Origin: Rhizaria sp. SCN 62-66
Lineage: Eukaryota
Direction: 5' to 3'
NCBI GenBank assembly: GCA_001724265.1
Contig: MEDY01000125.1
Span: forward strand, 1-64,000
Length of the DNA stretch: 64,000 nucleotides
Positions 1 to 13,100 of the stretch are shown in pieces. Position 1 is the first letter of the stretch, and each line of letters starts with the position of its first letter. The position numbers and the translations under genes are program-made. Under the pieces are notes generated by a model. That model saw nothing but the letters and a program-made list of their open reading frames with translations. It did not search any database and was not told where the DNA came from.

Positions 1-2025
1 AGGCGGGCGGCGGAGGCGGCGCCGCCAGTCGTAGTCGCGGTGGTGCCCAGGCGCGGCTCCGGAGCCGTCACCGGAACCGGTGCGGGTGCGAACGCGAGTG
101 CGGCCGCGCGGGATACCAGCGACGGTCAGCATCAGCAGCAGCAGCATCAGCAGCAGCATCAGCAGCAGCCTGAGGATGAGACGCCTGAGGCTGTCTCTAG
201 AGACCCAGATCAGCCTCAGCAGCAGCAGCAGCAGCATCAGCAGCAGACTGCATTCAGCGCCGTCGGGGCCGCGATGGCGTTCGTGTCGCTGGACGGCCTC
301 GCGAGCCCCGGTCGCGGCGCGCATGGCGGCTACGGCAACACCGCTCCCGCGAACAGCTTCACTGCGCAGGCCCCCACTCAACAGCAACAGCAGCAGCAGC
401 AGCAGGCGGTGGCGCAGAGCCCGACCCCCGCGCGCACGCCGCGCTCGGCCCGCACGCGCAACCGCTTCCCCGCGTCCCCCTCCGCAGGCTCCGGCGGCGC
501 ACACGGCGGCATGGACCCGGCTGCGTCGGGCTCGTTCTCCTTCTCGTCCTCGGTCGTCGTCACCATGGCGCCGCAGACGCTCGCGCACGCGCAACAGCTA
601 CAGCATCAGCAGCAGCAGGGGCAGGGGCAGAGGCCGCGCACGCCGCAGCCGCCAGCCGGCGCCGTGCCCGCCGAAACCGCTGCCGCCGCTGCCGCCGCCA
701 CTGGCACCACCGCCAACGCCGGCCCTGGTGTCGCGGCGAGGAAGCCGCCCGGCCTCACCGCGAGCATGGCCGCGGGCGCTTATAACACCGGTGGCGACTT
801 CAGCTCGAGTACCCGCTCGACCCTGGGCGCGGCAGGTGCCAATGTGAATGCTGGTGCTGCTGCTGCTGCTCTGACTCGTGTTGGAGCGAGTGCGGGCGCG
901 AGCGCGGGTGCGCTGGGCGTGGCGTCGCCGCTGCGCCACCAGTCGCACCGCCACTACGCCGTCTCCGCGCAACAGCAGCAGCCGCAGCAGTCTCAGTACG
1001 TTGTAACGCTGCCGGCGCCGCCTGTCCCTCAGGGCGCCCTGCTGCCACCGCACCAGCAGCAGCAGTACCACCAGCAGCAGCAGCAGCAGATGCAACAGCA
1101 GCAGCAGATGCAGATGCTCGTGCCCGTGCCCCGCGGCGCCCTCGCGGCGCCTGCGCCCGCCGGCCCCAGCTCGGGTTCTCTCATTCCACCGTCGACTGCG
1201 GGTCCGGTGACTCTCGCAGGTCCCATCGGCATTGTGGCCTCCGCGGGCGGCGCGGGCCCCGCGCCGGCGCCGGCGCTGGCGCTGGGGTCCGCATTCGACA
1301 GCGTCGGCTCCTACGCGCCCGCGCAGCTCTATGGCATGGGGCAGATCGCGCCGCACGCGCTGCGCCCGCCGGTGCCCGCGGGCCTCGTGCCCGGCGGCGC
1401 CGCGCAGCAGCCGCAGCTGCAACCGCAGGCCGCCGCTCTGAGCGGGCAGGCGCCGGGGCGGCTGCAGACTATTGGCCGCCACAGCTCCGGCTCGGGATCG
1501 GGCTCTGGCCCCGGCCTTGGTTATGGCTCGGGCTCGGGGCCACTGCCGCTGCCAGTGCCCGTCGCAGCTCTGCAAGCTCAGGCGCAGGCGCAGGCGATGC
1601 AGTCGAGCAAGCTGCAGCAGCAGCAGCAGCCGCAACAGCAGGTGTACCAGCCTCTGCAACAGCAGCCGTACGGGCGTGTCAGCAGCGGCGGCGGCGGCGG
1701 CGGCGGCAACAGCAGCGCGCCCCAGTACGCTTTTAACGCCGGCGGTGTGCAGCCGCCGCAGCAGCCGGGGCCGGGGCCGGCGGGCTACGGCCTGCCCGGC
1801 CCGCACGGCGCGGACGGCAGCGGGGCCTTCGTGGTCTCTGGCGGCGGCGGCCACTCCAGCGGCGCACCAACTCTCGGTCACCCTCACGGTGGTCACGGTC
1901 AAGGGCTCAGTGGGCACGGTCAGTACGGGCCGCAGTCGCAGTTGGTGGACAACGGAGACCCTAACGCGGGGTTTGCCGCGAACCGCAGGGCGCCGCCCGT
2001 GCCGCCGCGGCCTGGTAGGATGTGA
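1..2025 (+). CDS. 3' part of a low-complexity Gln/Gly/Ala/Pro-rich protein (5' end outside the window)
   Basis: Frame +1 is open from base 1 to TGA at 2023-2025. GC-rich with CAG tracts, a C-terminal PPVPPRP (SH3-ligand-like) motif and an abrupt drop to AT-rich DNA after the stop. Confidence 0.75.
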   Translation, partial: RRAAEAAPPVVVAVVPRRGSGAVTGTGAGANASAAARDTSDGQHQQQQHQQQHQQQPEDETPEAVSRDPDQPQQQQQQHQQQTAFSAVGAAMAFVSLDGLASPGRGAHGGYGNTAPANSFTAQAPTQQQQQQQQQAVAQSPTPARTPRSARTRNRFPASPSAGSGGAHGGMDPAASGSFSFSSSVVVTMAPQTLAHAQQLQHQQQQGQGQRPRTPQPPAGAVPAETAAAAAAATGTTANAGPGVAARKPPGLTASMAAGAYNTGGDFSSSTRSTLGAAGANVNAGAAAAALTRVGASAGASAGALGVASPLRHQSHRHYAVSAQQQQPQQSQYVVTLPAPPVPQGALLPPHQQQQYHQQQQQQMQQQQQMQMLVPVPRGALAAPAPAGPSSGSLIPPSTAGPVTLAGPIGIVASAGGAGPAPAPALALGSAFDSVGSYAPAQLYGMGQIAPHALRPPVPAGLVPGGAAQQPQLQPQAAALSGQAPGRLQTIGRHSSGSGSGSGPGLGYGSGSGPLPLPVPVAALQAQAQAQAMQSSKLQQQQQPQQQVYQPLQQQPYGRVSSGGGGGGGNSSAPQYAFNAGGVQPPQQPGPGPAGYGLPGPHGADGSGAFVVSGGGGHSSGAPTLGHPHGGHGQGLSGHGQYGPQSQLVDNGDPNAGFAANRRAPPVPPRPGRM

Positions 2026-2869
2026 GTCTCAAGGACTGTGACGTCATGATGTGTGTGAAGGGGTCAAGACTGCTGTATTACCTGTCACCGGACCCTAAAT
2101 GTTTACCTAGTGGAATTAAACGATGTTACTCAGCTTTCAAACCAAGACCAGGATTTTTAAAACTGGTGTATAAAATAGTAAATGACAAAATAAATAGACT
2201 TTGACTTATGTTACATTGTGTTCGATTTATTTCGCGAAAAGTGGAAGAACGGTTCCGAAAAAATACGGGCTTGTCCGCCAGCCGTTGGTCGAAGAAGCGT
2301 CAACGGTTGTTTTCGAAAAAGGTTACAAACAGACGAAAACATCGCGAGGATAGCGTTTTGTTGTTTGATTTGAATAATTTGTTGGCTTTATATTTCGCAC
2401 AACCATCTCAAACTCTTGGTTGGGTCTGATAATGCGGTCCAATCTTGACAGAGAAACGCAATCATCCCAGAGCCGACAATATCGTATGCAGCCTATATGC
2501 GCTATGCTAACGCCACCGCATCGGGTTATATCTTCACCATAGATATCAGCGCGTGTTGTTGCGTGTATCTCGTGTATATTTGTTGTTTGAGTCTTGAGTT
2601 AAGCCGTCGAAACGACTACTTTAGACTCTTGGACCTGACAGCCGACTTCCCGACATTCTTCCCTTAACTTCGGAGTCTACCGTCCACAAACCAACGCCCC
2701 AACTCGCAACTTTATATTCATTGTACATTAGGTATGCCACTATGCTGCACAATGTTTATATAATCCGCTCACTCTTCTGTTTCTTTCCTAAAACCTCTCC
2801 CTCCGCGCTCTCGCCCACGCCAACTCATCCTGTTCCTTCTCCCACACCCACCGCAGTCCCTGCCCCAGC

Positions 2870-4718
2870 ATGTCCGGCTTGTTCCGCGAAAAGGACGCGT
2901 CCAAGGCCCGCGTGGTCAAGACTGCCATTGATGCCGATGGTACGATTCGACTCTTTTGTCTCGTTTGCGCTTCATTCGTCATTCCGTGTTCATCCCAAGT
3001 GACCCAACATCTTAACGGCTCGTGTGCTCTCACTTCGATCAACTTCGCTCACCAACGTATGTTCCCATATCTTCTGTACTTTTCTCTATCTTTCTTTTTG
3101 TGTCATCTGTCCTTCTTTTTTTCACCTGCCCCTCGTCTCCTTCACAGCTTCCCGCAAGAAGCGCCAGGAGAAGACCTCCCAGGTCCGCAAGGACGCGCGC
3201 GACCAGATGCTCGCCCGCGCGCGCCGCGCCGACCCCGTGGCCGACGCGGCTGCGGGCGTGGCCACCGTGGCGGGCGCCGTCGACCTTGCGACGCTCATTC
3301 CGCGTATCCCCGAGCTGATCCAGAACCTTTACTCAGACGACCCGGCCGTGGTGCTCGAGGCGGCTCTGCGCGTGCGCGACATGATGGCCGTGGACAAGAA
3401 CCCCCCGACGGACCTGCTCATTGCCTCCAACGCAGTCCCCGCGCTCATGCACGCGCTCACCCATGGCGAGGTCAATGTGCAGTTTGAGGCGGCGTGGTCG
3501 CTGACCAACATCGCGTCGGGCAAGCCCGAGCACACGCGCGCTGTCGTCGAGGGCGGCGCCATCCCCACCCTCGTCGCGCTGCTCTCTTCCGAGGCCGTGA
3601 CGGTGCGCGAGCAGGTCGTGTGGGCGCTGGGCAACATCGCCGGCGATAACGCGGCCTACCGCGACACGATCCTCTCCTATGGCGCTATGGACATCATGCT
3701 CGGCATCTGCCACACCAAGGGCAAGATCGGCATGCTGCGCAACGCCACGTGGTCGCTGTCCAACCTGTGCCGCGGCGCGCCGGCGCCCGACTTCGCGCTC
3801 GTGGCGCGCGCGCTGCCGACGCTCAACTGCATGGTGAGCTTCTACGACGAGGACGTGATCGCGGACGCGTGCTGGGCGCTGACCTACCTCTCCGACTCGA
3901 ACGCGCTGGGCAACGAGGAGCGCGCTCAGCACCAGATCCAGTGCATCATCGAGGCCGGCGTGGTGCCCAAGGTGATCGAGCACCTGGGCCACAAGAGCGT
4001 GTACGTCATCACGCCCGCCCTGCGCGTGGTGGGCAACCTGGCGACGGGCAGTGACGTGCAGACGGACATCCTGCTACAGCACGACCTGCTGCCCGCGCTG
4101 CTCAACCTGATGCAGAACCCGCGCCGCGGCGTGCGCAAGGAGGCGTGCTGGACCGTGTCCAACATCACCGCCGGCCCGCCCGGGCAGATCGACGAGGTGA
4201 TGCGGGCCAACATCTTCCCCACGCTCATCGAGTTCCTCCGCTGCAAGGACTTCGACGTGCGCAAGGAGGCCACATGGGCCGTCACCAACGCCATCGCGTC
4301 GCAGCACGAGACGGTGATCCGCTACCTGGTCGAGTACTCTGTCATCCCCTCGCTGGCCGAGCTGCTGGATCCCGAGTCGCCCGAGCCGCGCGTGCTCAAC
4401 GCCATCCTCGAGTCGCTCAAGCTCATCCTCGCGCTGGGCGCCGCCGACGCGGAGCAGCAGCGCGCCGTGGGCCACGCGACGGCGCAGAACGTCTACGCCG
4501 AGCTGCTCGAGCGCTCCGGCCACGTCGACACTGTCGCCGCCCTGCAGAGCCACGCTGACCCCTCGGTGGCGGACCACGCCTACACGATCATCCGCATGCA
4601 CTACCACGACGACGACGGCGCTATTGGCGACGAGCTCGCGCCCCAGGTCGCCGACAACGGCACCTTCCAGTTCGAGGCCAGCCCGGACCACGTCCCGAAC
4701 TCGGACTTCCACTTCTGA
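2870..4718 (+). CDS. KPNA: Importin subunit alpha (karyopherin alpha), 2 exons, about 546 aa
   Basis: Exons 2870-2939 and 3148-4718; intron 2940-3147 (GTACGA...CAG). IBB-like segment RKKRQEKTSQVRKDARDQML; ARM motifs QFEAAWSLTNIASG, EQVVWALGNIAGD, RNATWSLSNLCRG, KEACWTVSNITAG. Stop TGA. Confidence 0.95.
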
Positions 4719-5722
4719 GTCGGACGCCCGCTGTGACCGACCACTGCGAGTGAGCGAGTGATGTTGACCGCGCTGGTAACGGTGGGTACGCTGGCTAATT
4801 GCACTGTGTGTTGCGATGCGTGTGGGGGATGTGTGCGTGTGCGCGTGCTGTGTGGGGGATGTTTGTGAGACGCTTAGTTTTCTCCAAACAAAAACGAAAC
4901 ATGATGGCCTGGCCTGTGCGACTCTCTCGTCACCCCTTTCAATGGATATGGCGGTTTTCTGGGGGTATGCTGCGACGACGGACGGGCGGCGACCGCGATT
5001 TGACTTATACTCAATCGGTGTGTCGCTGTGTTTCGTCGCGTCAAGGAGCATGATTGAACGTTGTCACCAAAACAAAAGAAGCTTAAAGCAATATTAATAA
5101 TGAATAATGTATAACATTATTGTGCTGTATTTTAGTCTTAAACCCATATTATACAATACAAAAAGCCCAATATATCACATCACGACCTAAGGCTTACTAC
5201 GTATTTGACGTGCTTCTGTTGCTACAGTATTGTTGTATCACATAGACAAACCAGCCCGCTCAAGCAGAGGAAAAAGTTCGTGTGTTAACTCTCACTATGC
5301 GGGACCCTTATAATTCATCAGGCTAGCGTAGCAGACCTGTTTGATCGTCTGACGCCCCCGTGACTCAACAAACTCTGCTGCGATTGAATCGAATTTATCT
5401 GCATGGCCCGCATCCGCGACAGCAGACGCAATAATAAGAATGCGCCGCAGCATCAACAGTGCCGACTCTGCGATGGAGCCACTAGCAACTCCGTCAATGT
5501 CGCAGTCTTCGTTGTAATCCGACCAAACCATGCAAGCCATCTGCGTGCGCGACACAAACAGCACAGCGTTGACCTCTAGCAAGCATGAAGCCACACCTTG
5601 ATCAGCCACAAGAATGTGACACTACAACGATAAGCTATGTCATATCAAATGGTGTGCTTCGACAGATGTGCAGTCAGAGCAAGAGAGATGACAGAGCAGG
5701 TGCAAGAGCGAGACAGAAAGGG

Positions 5723-5752
5723 ATGGATTATATAAAAATGGATTATATAAAA
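5723..5752. repeat. 15-bp tandem duplication in intergenic DNA
   Basis: atggattatataaaa occurs twice, head to tail. Confidence 0.85.
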
Positions 5753-6434
5753 ACACTTTATTGTTATCGGAAAACTTCTTACGTTATATTATTTACCTGA
5801 AAAACATCTCCACCGCCGGCATGAATGACTTGCACGGGGGTGAGAAAATCTACTTACAACACGTCGTGAACTCCTCACCATATCAAATAAAGAAGAGCAA
5901 ACAACAACAAGCAACAGCAACAACAAGCATGAAGTAGCAACAGATGTTCAACCAGCGAACAACTTGCAAGCGTAGACGCACACTGTGTGAGATAAAAACC
6001 TACGACCAACACAGAAAGTACTCGTAAAAGCGGAGATCACTCTTGAACACAAATCTCACGACTCGTTCAAACACACAAACCAACGCGCAACGGTGGAACA
6101 GCGGCAATGCTGTTCGTCACCGTCTTAGGGCAGCGAGGAAGTGGGTGTAAAAAACAAGACAAGATAGCAAGAACAAAAAGTGATGCTAAACTAAAAGAGC
6201 ATAATTGAGATTGCGCCGGACTAGGAGTTCAGATCAAACTACAAGAGTAATGAGAGCTAGCGCGCACCAAGTAGAAAAGCTGGGAAAAGAGACAAACTGA
6301 AACTGGAGTCAAGCAGGTAGTTGCGTGTGACACAAGTTAGTTGAAACACTCATCGCGTTTTTGCTAAAGAAAGAAAGACACATCCACACAAGACTGAGAG
6401 GGACTCACAGATTAATCAAGCTAGGCTGATTAAC

Positions 6435-9400
6435 TTAGAGGCGGTCAGCGTACTCGTTGTAGTCGGGAAGGGCGGCCTTAAGTCCCTTGCGACTGCGGAC
6501 GGACATCATGATGTTGTAGGCCTGGGAGCCGACGTCGAGGACGGAGCCGTTGACGAGCTGCCAGTGAGAGAAGATCATCTGGGGGAAGGCCTGGCCGGCG
6601 GTGTTGCGGCGGAGGATGTCGGTGAAACCGAAGGACTCAGCGACGGGGAGGAAGGCCTTGATCTTGGTGAGGGGAGTTCCGGGGCGGTCCTCGCGGCCCT
6701 CGACCTGGCCACGGCGGGCAGAGAGGGTGGTGTAGACACCGGAGGCGGCAGTCTCGGGGACGGTGATGTCGCACATGTACATGGGCTCCATGAGGGCGGG
6801 CTTGCACTTGAACTGAGTGGCGTAGAGGACGCGCTTCATGGTGGGCATCATCTGGGAAGCACCACGGTGGATAGCATCGGCGTGCATGGTGCAGTCCTCG
6901 ATCTCGGCGCGGAAGCCACGGAGGGGCTCCTCGCAGAAGACACCACCGAGGGAGGTCTGCTGGAAGGCAGTGGACATGGAGTCCTTGACCTCATTCATGC
7001 CCTGAACACCCTTGGTGTTCTCGATGAGGATGTTGGGGATGCCATCCGGGGGCAGGCCGAACGTCCAGATGCGGCGCGCAGTCTCGGGGTCCCAGTTGAA
7101 CTGCTCGGAGAGGATCTTGGAGCGGGCCTTAACATCCTGCTCCTCGGTGATCTCACCATTGTCGATGGCCTTGATAAGCTCCTCAGCGAGGGGGCCGCCA
7201 ACCATGTGGATACGGTTGTGCTTGTTGGGCGACTTGGACATGACGGACTCGGAGGAGTTCTCGGTGACGCACTCGTTGAACGAGACGACAGGCTCAGCGA
7301 CCTTGATGGGGGCGCCCTTCATGAAGTCCTCGGAGAGATCCTTGATGCAAATCTCGAGGTGGAGCTCACCGGCACCGGCGATGATGTGCTCGCCGTTGGG
7401 GCCCTGAGTGCACTGCACGAGGGGGTCGGACTTGGTGAGGCGCTTGAGGCCCTCCATGAGCTTGGGGAGGTCGGAGGCGTTGACGACCTGGATGGCGCGA
7501 CGGACGACGGGGGAGACGGAGTACTTCATCGAAACGATGGGGTGCGCGTCCTCGTGGTCGGTGATGGTACCGGACTTGAGGATGTAGGTGTCGACGCCGA
7601 CGAGGCCGACGAGGTTACCGCAAGGAATGTCGGGGACCTGCTCGACGGAGCGGCCCATCATGAGGACGGTACGCTGGATCTTCTTGACGAAGAGGTCGAT
7701 CTTCTTGCCCGCAATGTAGTCGGGGCCGAGGATGCGGACGGTCTGGCCGGAGGCGATGCAGCCGGAGAAGACACGGCCGAAGGCGTAGAAGCGGCCCTTG
7801 TCGGTGGTGGGGAGCATCTTGGAGATGTAGACGCAGAGGGGGCCCTGGCGACGGCACATGCGGATGGCGGTGGCGACGTCGTCGTTCATGGGGCCGGAGT
7901 AGAGGTTCTCGACACGGTAGCGCTGCGACTGGACGGGGGAGGGCAGGTGGGTGACGATCATGCAGAGCAGGGCCTTGGCGGCGGGGAGCCACTCCATCAT
8001 GATGCGCTTGAGGAGGGGCTTGCCGACGAGCTCGCGGGCATCAGCGGGGATCTTGATCTTGAGAGACTCAATGATGGGGGTGTAGACGTCCTTCTTGCCG
8101 TCGATGACGGAGCGGAAGAGCGTGTTGAGGGGGGTCATCACGAACTCAGCGAAGGAGCGGCGGAGGTAAGAGCCGTCCTTGGCCTTGGCCTCCTTGACCC
8201 ACTTGCCGCGGGAGCCGTCGAAGTAGTTGTCGCCCCAGAGGAGCGCCATGACCTCCTCGTAGGGGAGGCCGAACTTCTCAGAGTACATGGAGGCGAAGCG
8301 GCCGAGGGTGAAGCCCCAGCCGTGGAGGCCGGAGCCGAAGCCGACGGTGCCGTGCTCGGGGTAGACCTCGATCTCACCGAGGAGCTCGTCGCGGTACATG
8401 GCGATGACGACGTTGACGGACTCGATGGCGCGGGAGAAGGACTGGTAGGCCTCCTCGGGGTCCATCATGAGCTCGAGGAAGACACGGTCGAGCTTGTTGA
8501 CGAAGAGAACGGGGCGGATACGCTCGGAAATGGCCTGGCGCAGCACGGTCTCGGTCTGGACGCAGACACCCTCGACGCAGTCAACGACGACGAGAGCACC
8601 GTCGGTGACACGGAGGGCGGCGGTGACTTCGGAGGAGAAATCAACGTGGCCGGGCGAGTCGATGAGGTTGATGAGGAAGGGCACGATGGTGTTGCCGTTC
8701 TTGTTGGTCTGCTGGGCCTTGAGCTCCTCAGCGAGCTGGTCGATGGTGCCGAGCTTCTTGAGGCGGGCAATCTCCTCCTGGCGGGCCTCCTCAGCCTCAC
8801 GAGCCTCCTGGGACATCTCCTCCTCGGCGTCGTCCTTCTTGTCCTTCTTGTCCTTCTTGTCCTTCTTGTCCTTCTTGTCCTTCTTGTCCTTCTTGTCGGT
8901 CTTCTCGGCACGCTTGGCAGCGTCGAGCTCGTCCTGCTTGGCCTTGACGGCAGCATCCTGGATCATCTTGGCGCGGTTCTTGCGCTCAAGGTCGTAGAGA
9001 CGGAGCTCGGACTCGGGGAGCTCGAAGTACAGGGTGACAGCGGAAGACTTAATGGTCACACCACGAGCCTCCTCATCTTCACGAGTCTGCATGTAGCGCT
9101 TGTCACCGACGTCGGCCTTGGCAATGATACCGGCAGCACCAACCATGGAGTCGGAAAGGGTGGACTTGCCGTGGTCAACGTGCGCAATGACGGACATGTT
9201 GCGGATGTTGTGGGGGTAGTCCATGAGAGCACGGATCTCATCGATCGTGAAGTTAACCTGTTGCGGGTAGGAGAAAGAAAGAAACAAAAGAGCGAACCAA
9301 TGGTGGATACGAAGATAGGGAGGCGAGGGAGCGAGAGTGAAGAGAAAAGGAAGAAAAAGTTGAGAAAAAAGAAGGTGGGAAAGAAAATGAGCGGATGCGC

Positions 9401-9619
9401 TAGTAGTGCAAAGAGTGATCAAGGGATATAAAGAGCTGACAAAGCAAGCTAAGGGGGGGAACAAGTGTGGCAAAACGGTGAAAGGCGCTCACGCACTCCC
9501 TTCGGCTCGGGTCCGCGGAGCGCGGGTCGACCGGGAAGACGAAAAGCGTGCGTCGGTGAGTGTGTGGAGAGATACAAATACGAAACAAATACATCAAAGC
9601 AAGTCGCAAAACGTACCAT
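6435..9619 (-). CDS. EEF2: Translation elongation factor eEF2, 2 exons, about 941 aa
   Basis: Exon 1 is ATG only (9619-9617); intron 9616-9258 (GTACGT...CAG); exon 2 9257-6435 gives MVNFTIDEIR. Motifs AHVDHGKST, RGVTIKS, LIDSPGHVDFSSEV, NKLD and diphthamide loop HADAIHRG. Stop TAA. Confidence 0.97.
8832..8897 (-). repeat. Perfect 9-bp tandem repeat (7 copies plus partial) encoding (DKK)7 inside eEF2
   Basis: gtccttctt repeated 7 times on the + strand, followed by gtc. Confidence 0.95.
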
Positions 9620-10188
9620 CTTGTTAAGAAGTTCTCAGTAACAACAGAGTTCGAGATTTGAACCAACTCCAATCACCTCATCTCCCCCCGGACCCTGGGC
9701 CGCCCATCGAGCCCGACCGAGGCCCCCCCCGCCAAGTAAGGGCGGGCTTAATTTTGATTCACCGACGAGCTCGAAACGAAACCCTGGCTCGGCCTGGACC
9801 GAAAAAATGCGTGCTAATTACAATTCAGCGTATATCTCACTCTAATCAGAGAATTATTCCATTAAAGTAATTGTCCAGACTCAAGCGCGGGAGATTAATT
9901 GCTATGAAAGTTGTTGTAAAGCAATTTGAAAATGTATAATGGGAATATTCAACATAATGCGAAAAATGGCCGTGGACCTGATCCAGGTCGGCACGGTCTC
10001 GGCACACGCATACCGTGCCAAAGACCGGCGCTATAAGCTATAATGATACCGAACCTCGCGATCGGCTTAACTGCACTGAGTCATTTTTGACACACAGCAG
10101 CTCCAATGTCTGTTAGTGTCCCCCAAGGGTCGTCAGTGCTACTGATCTAGTCATGGCGTGAAACACATGAGAGTACACAAGAGCAAGC

Positions 10189-13100
10189 TCACGGCTTCAT
10201 GTGTATGCGGGCCTTGTCAAGTACGTCCTGGCGAATCTTGGGGTAAGTGGGGTAGGCGGCGAGCACCTTGTGGCAGACGGAGACGGCCGCGACGTACTTC
10301 TGGCTGCGCTGCAGGTTGTATGCAAGCTTGTAGCCCACCGCAGGGTTACTCTGAGCAAGAGGAAAAAACGAGAGACAATTTCGATTCAAACAAAAACAGA
10401 TATAAGCAAACGTTGGGATAGAAATTGGCAAATTAGATGATACAAAATTAAAATAATCGAGAATAGAGCATGTGAAGTAATATTGACAACAATCGTTCGT
10501 ACCTCGTTGGTAAAGTGCCAGGCCTGCCCGTAGCTCTCTGCGGCGGCGCGCGCGTCGCCCTCGCCCTCCTGGATCTCGCCGAGCACCTCGTACGCGTTGG
10601 CATGCGAGCGGTTCATCTGCAGACACTGCAGACAGAGTTCGCGCGCCGTATCGGCCTTACCCGACTCAGCGTAGATGCGCGCGAGCATGAGGCAGCAGCG
10701 CTCATGCTCGGCGCTGAACTCGGGTTGCACGCGCAGCTTGGCGATGCGCTTGAGCTGGTTGCGCGCCTTGGGCACCTGGTCCAGCAACACCAGCGCGAAG
10801 GCCACGGCCAGGTTCGCTGCCGGGTGGTCGCGGTCGACGCGGATGAGCGACATGAGCGACGCCAGCGCCTTCTCGATGCGCGGCTTCTGGCGCGTGCCCA
10901 TGTCCACGTACGCCTCAAGCACCTGGAAGCGCGCCGCCGAGACGTACGGCGACGACGCCACGGCCGAGGAGTAGATCGCGCCCGTCGAGCCCTTGGCCGC
11001 CGTCGTCGTCCGCGCGCTCATCCCGCCGCTGTTGTGCGCAGCCGTGTTGTGCGCGACGCCGCCGACGCCGAGCACAATGAGCTCGCGCAGCAGGTCCTCG
11101 GCGTTCTGCACGCGGTCCTTGTCGGGCGCAGCCGTCGTGGCGGTCAGCGACGTGAGGTCCGGCTCCAGGTAAACCTCGATCATGCCCATCATGGCCAAAG
11201 CGGCCCATTCGGCATTGCTCAGCTCGCCGGAGCCCAGTGCCGAGCCAGATGACGAGGTCAGCGCTGCGATCTGCGCCGCCGCCGCAGCAGCGCCGCCCGC
11301 GGCCGCTGCGGACGCGCGGTCAGTCGCGGCCGCCGCGCCGGAGTTGGCGCCGGCGCGCTTGCCGCCAGAGGCGCGAAGACGGACGTTGTTGAAGCAGAAG
11401 AGCGCCTCGCGCGTGTCGTGCATGAGCATCGCGTAGAGGCCCTTGGCGTACCACAGACCCGCAGGCACGGACGCGTGCACGGCCGCGGTCGACGCCGGCG
11501 AGATAGACGACATGGCGTTGATCGGCCGCGCGGCGGGCAGCCCCGCGGCGCCGGCCTTGAGGCCCTGGCCGACGTTTTTGCCCGCGCCCGAGGCGAGTCC
11601 CGTGGTTGAGGTGATGCCGCAAGTGGCAAACACAGTCTGCGCGGTCGGCACGCCGCAGGCCTTGTCGGCAAGCTTGATGGCGGCGGCGCCGTCCTTGGCG
11701 AGGTGCCCCGACCGGTGCAGCAGCACGAGGAACTGCGACAGCGCGTAGAAGTTGGTCGGGTTGCGCCGCAGAAGCGTCTGGAACAGCAGCATCGCCGACG
11801 GCGCATCGTTAAGTCGGAACTTGAGGTCCGCCAGCATCATCACCACGTCGTGGTCGGTCGCCACCACGTTCTCCGCGAGGGCCTCGAGCGCCGCGGCCGA
11901 GGCCGTGCCCGAGGCGCCCGAAGCGGCCGAGACGAGCACGGCGGCGTTAGTGGCCCCGCGCGCGCCGCTGGCCGCGGCCGAGGCGGCGAGCAGCGCCATG
12001 CAGTGCGCCGTGGCGGCGTCGTAGTCGCCGTCGGCCACGGCCAGGCGCGCGAGCGCGATGCGCGCGGGCTTGTTGTTCTTGGCGACCTCAAGCACAGCCT
12101 CCAGGTGCTCGCGGGCGACGGCCGACTTGTGCTTGGCGAGGCAGTGCTCGGCCAGGCGCAGCGAGATGCCCGCGCTGATCTCGACCTCGACCTTGCGCGC
12201 CTCGCCCGGCTTGGTGAGCTCCACGGCGCGCTGCTGCAGCTGCTTGGCCAGCAGCAGCTCCTGCTCGGCCTGGTCCAGCTGCCCGCGCAGGACGAAGACA
12301 TGCGCCAGCAGCAGCCGCGACTGCACGTCCGCGGCCACCGACTGCGCCTCGTCGAACCCGCCCGCCGCCGAGCCAGTCACCATGGCCAGCGTCGCGGCGG
12401 ACATAGCGGCGCCCGCGCCCGCCGCGTCAGCGGTGCCGTTGTGCGAGGCGGCAAGCACGGCGCCGACGCCGCCCTCGGACGCGGCGGCGCGGCGCGCGGC
12501 GTTGTTGGCGAGCGCGTCGTTGAGCAGCGCCTCCGCGGAGGACAGGTTGCGGATCTCGATGTAGAGCTGCGCAAGATCGTGGCACAGGTGCATGTGAGTG
12601 GGATGTGTCTTGAGCGCCGTCTCGTAGTAGCGCACGGCCTGCGCGTAGTCGTGTGCCGTGACGAGCGCGTGCCCGATGCGCGCCGTGAGCCGCGTTACGA
12701 GCGCGTAGGCGTCAGTCATGGTTGCTAGGGCGGCGGCCAGCGCGGCCTGCGACGCCGCCGAGGCCGCGGCTGCCGCGGGAGGCGCACCGCCCGCCTGCTG
12801 CTGCTGCTGCGCCAGGGCCTGCTGCTGCGCCAGCGCGGCCTGCTGCTGCTGCAGCTGCTGCACGTGCTGCGCGGCGGCGGCCACACGCGTGAGCGCCAGC
12901 TGCAGTGCCTGCTCGAACGCGCGCACCGCCATCGCGGGGTCCTGCACGCGCGCGTAGGCCTCGGCCAGCGCCACGAAGGCGCGCGGCGTCTGCTGCTGCT
13001 GCGTCAGCTCCACGTAGCACTGGATGTACGCGCGCTTGGAGCGCTTGCGCGTGAGCATCACGTCCGCGGTGACGACCTTAGCGCGCAGCGCGTAGGGCGA

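Noticed and set aside
3024-3147. N-terminal extensions in the ORF track for importin-alpha, eEF2, IFT139 exon 2, thiolase, the phosphatase and AGO
   Set aside because: They translate pyrimidine-rich intron or UTR sequence; spliced models give the conserved N-termini.
6564-9431. 955-aa plus-strand ORF antisense to eEF2 (likewise 21006-22616, 31123-33057, 18792-19712 and 598-1917)
   Set aside because: Shadow ORFs caused by strong GC3 bias on the coding strand; no recognisable domains.
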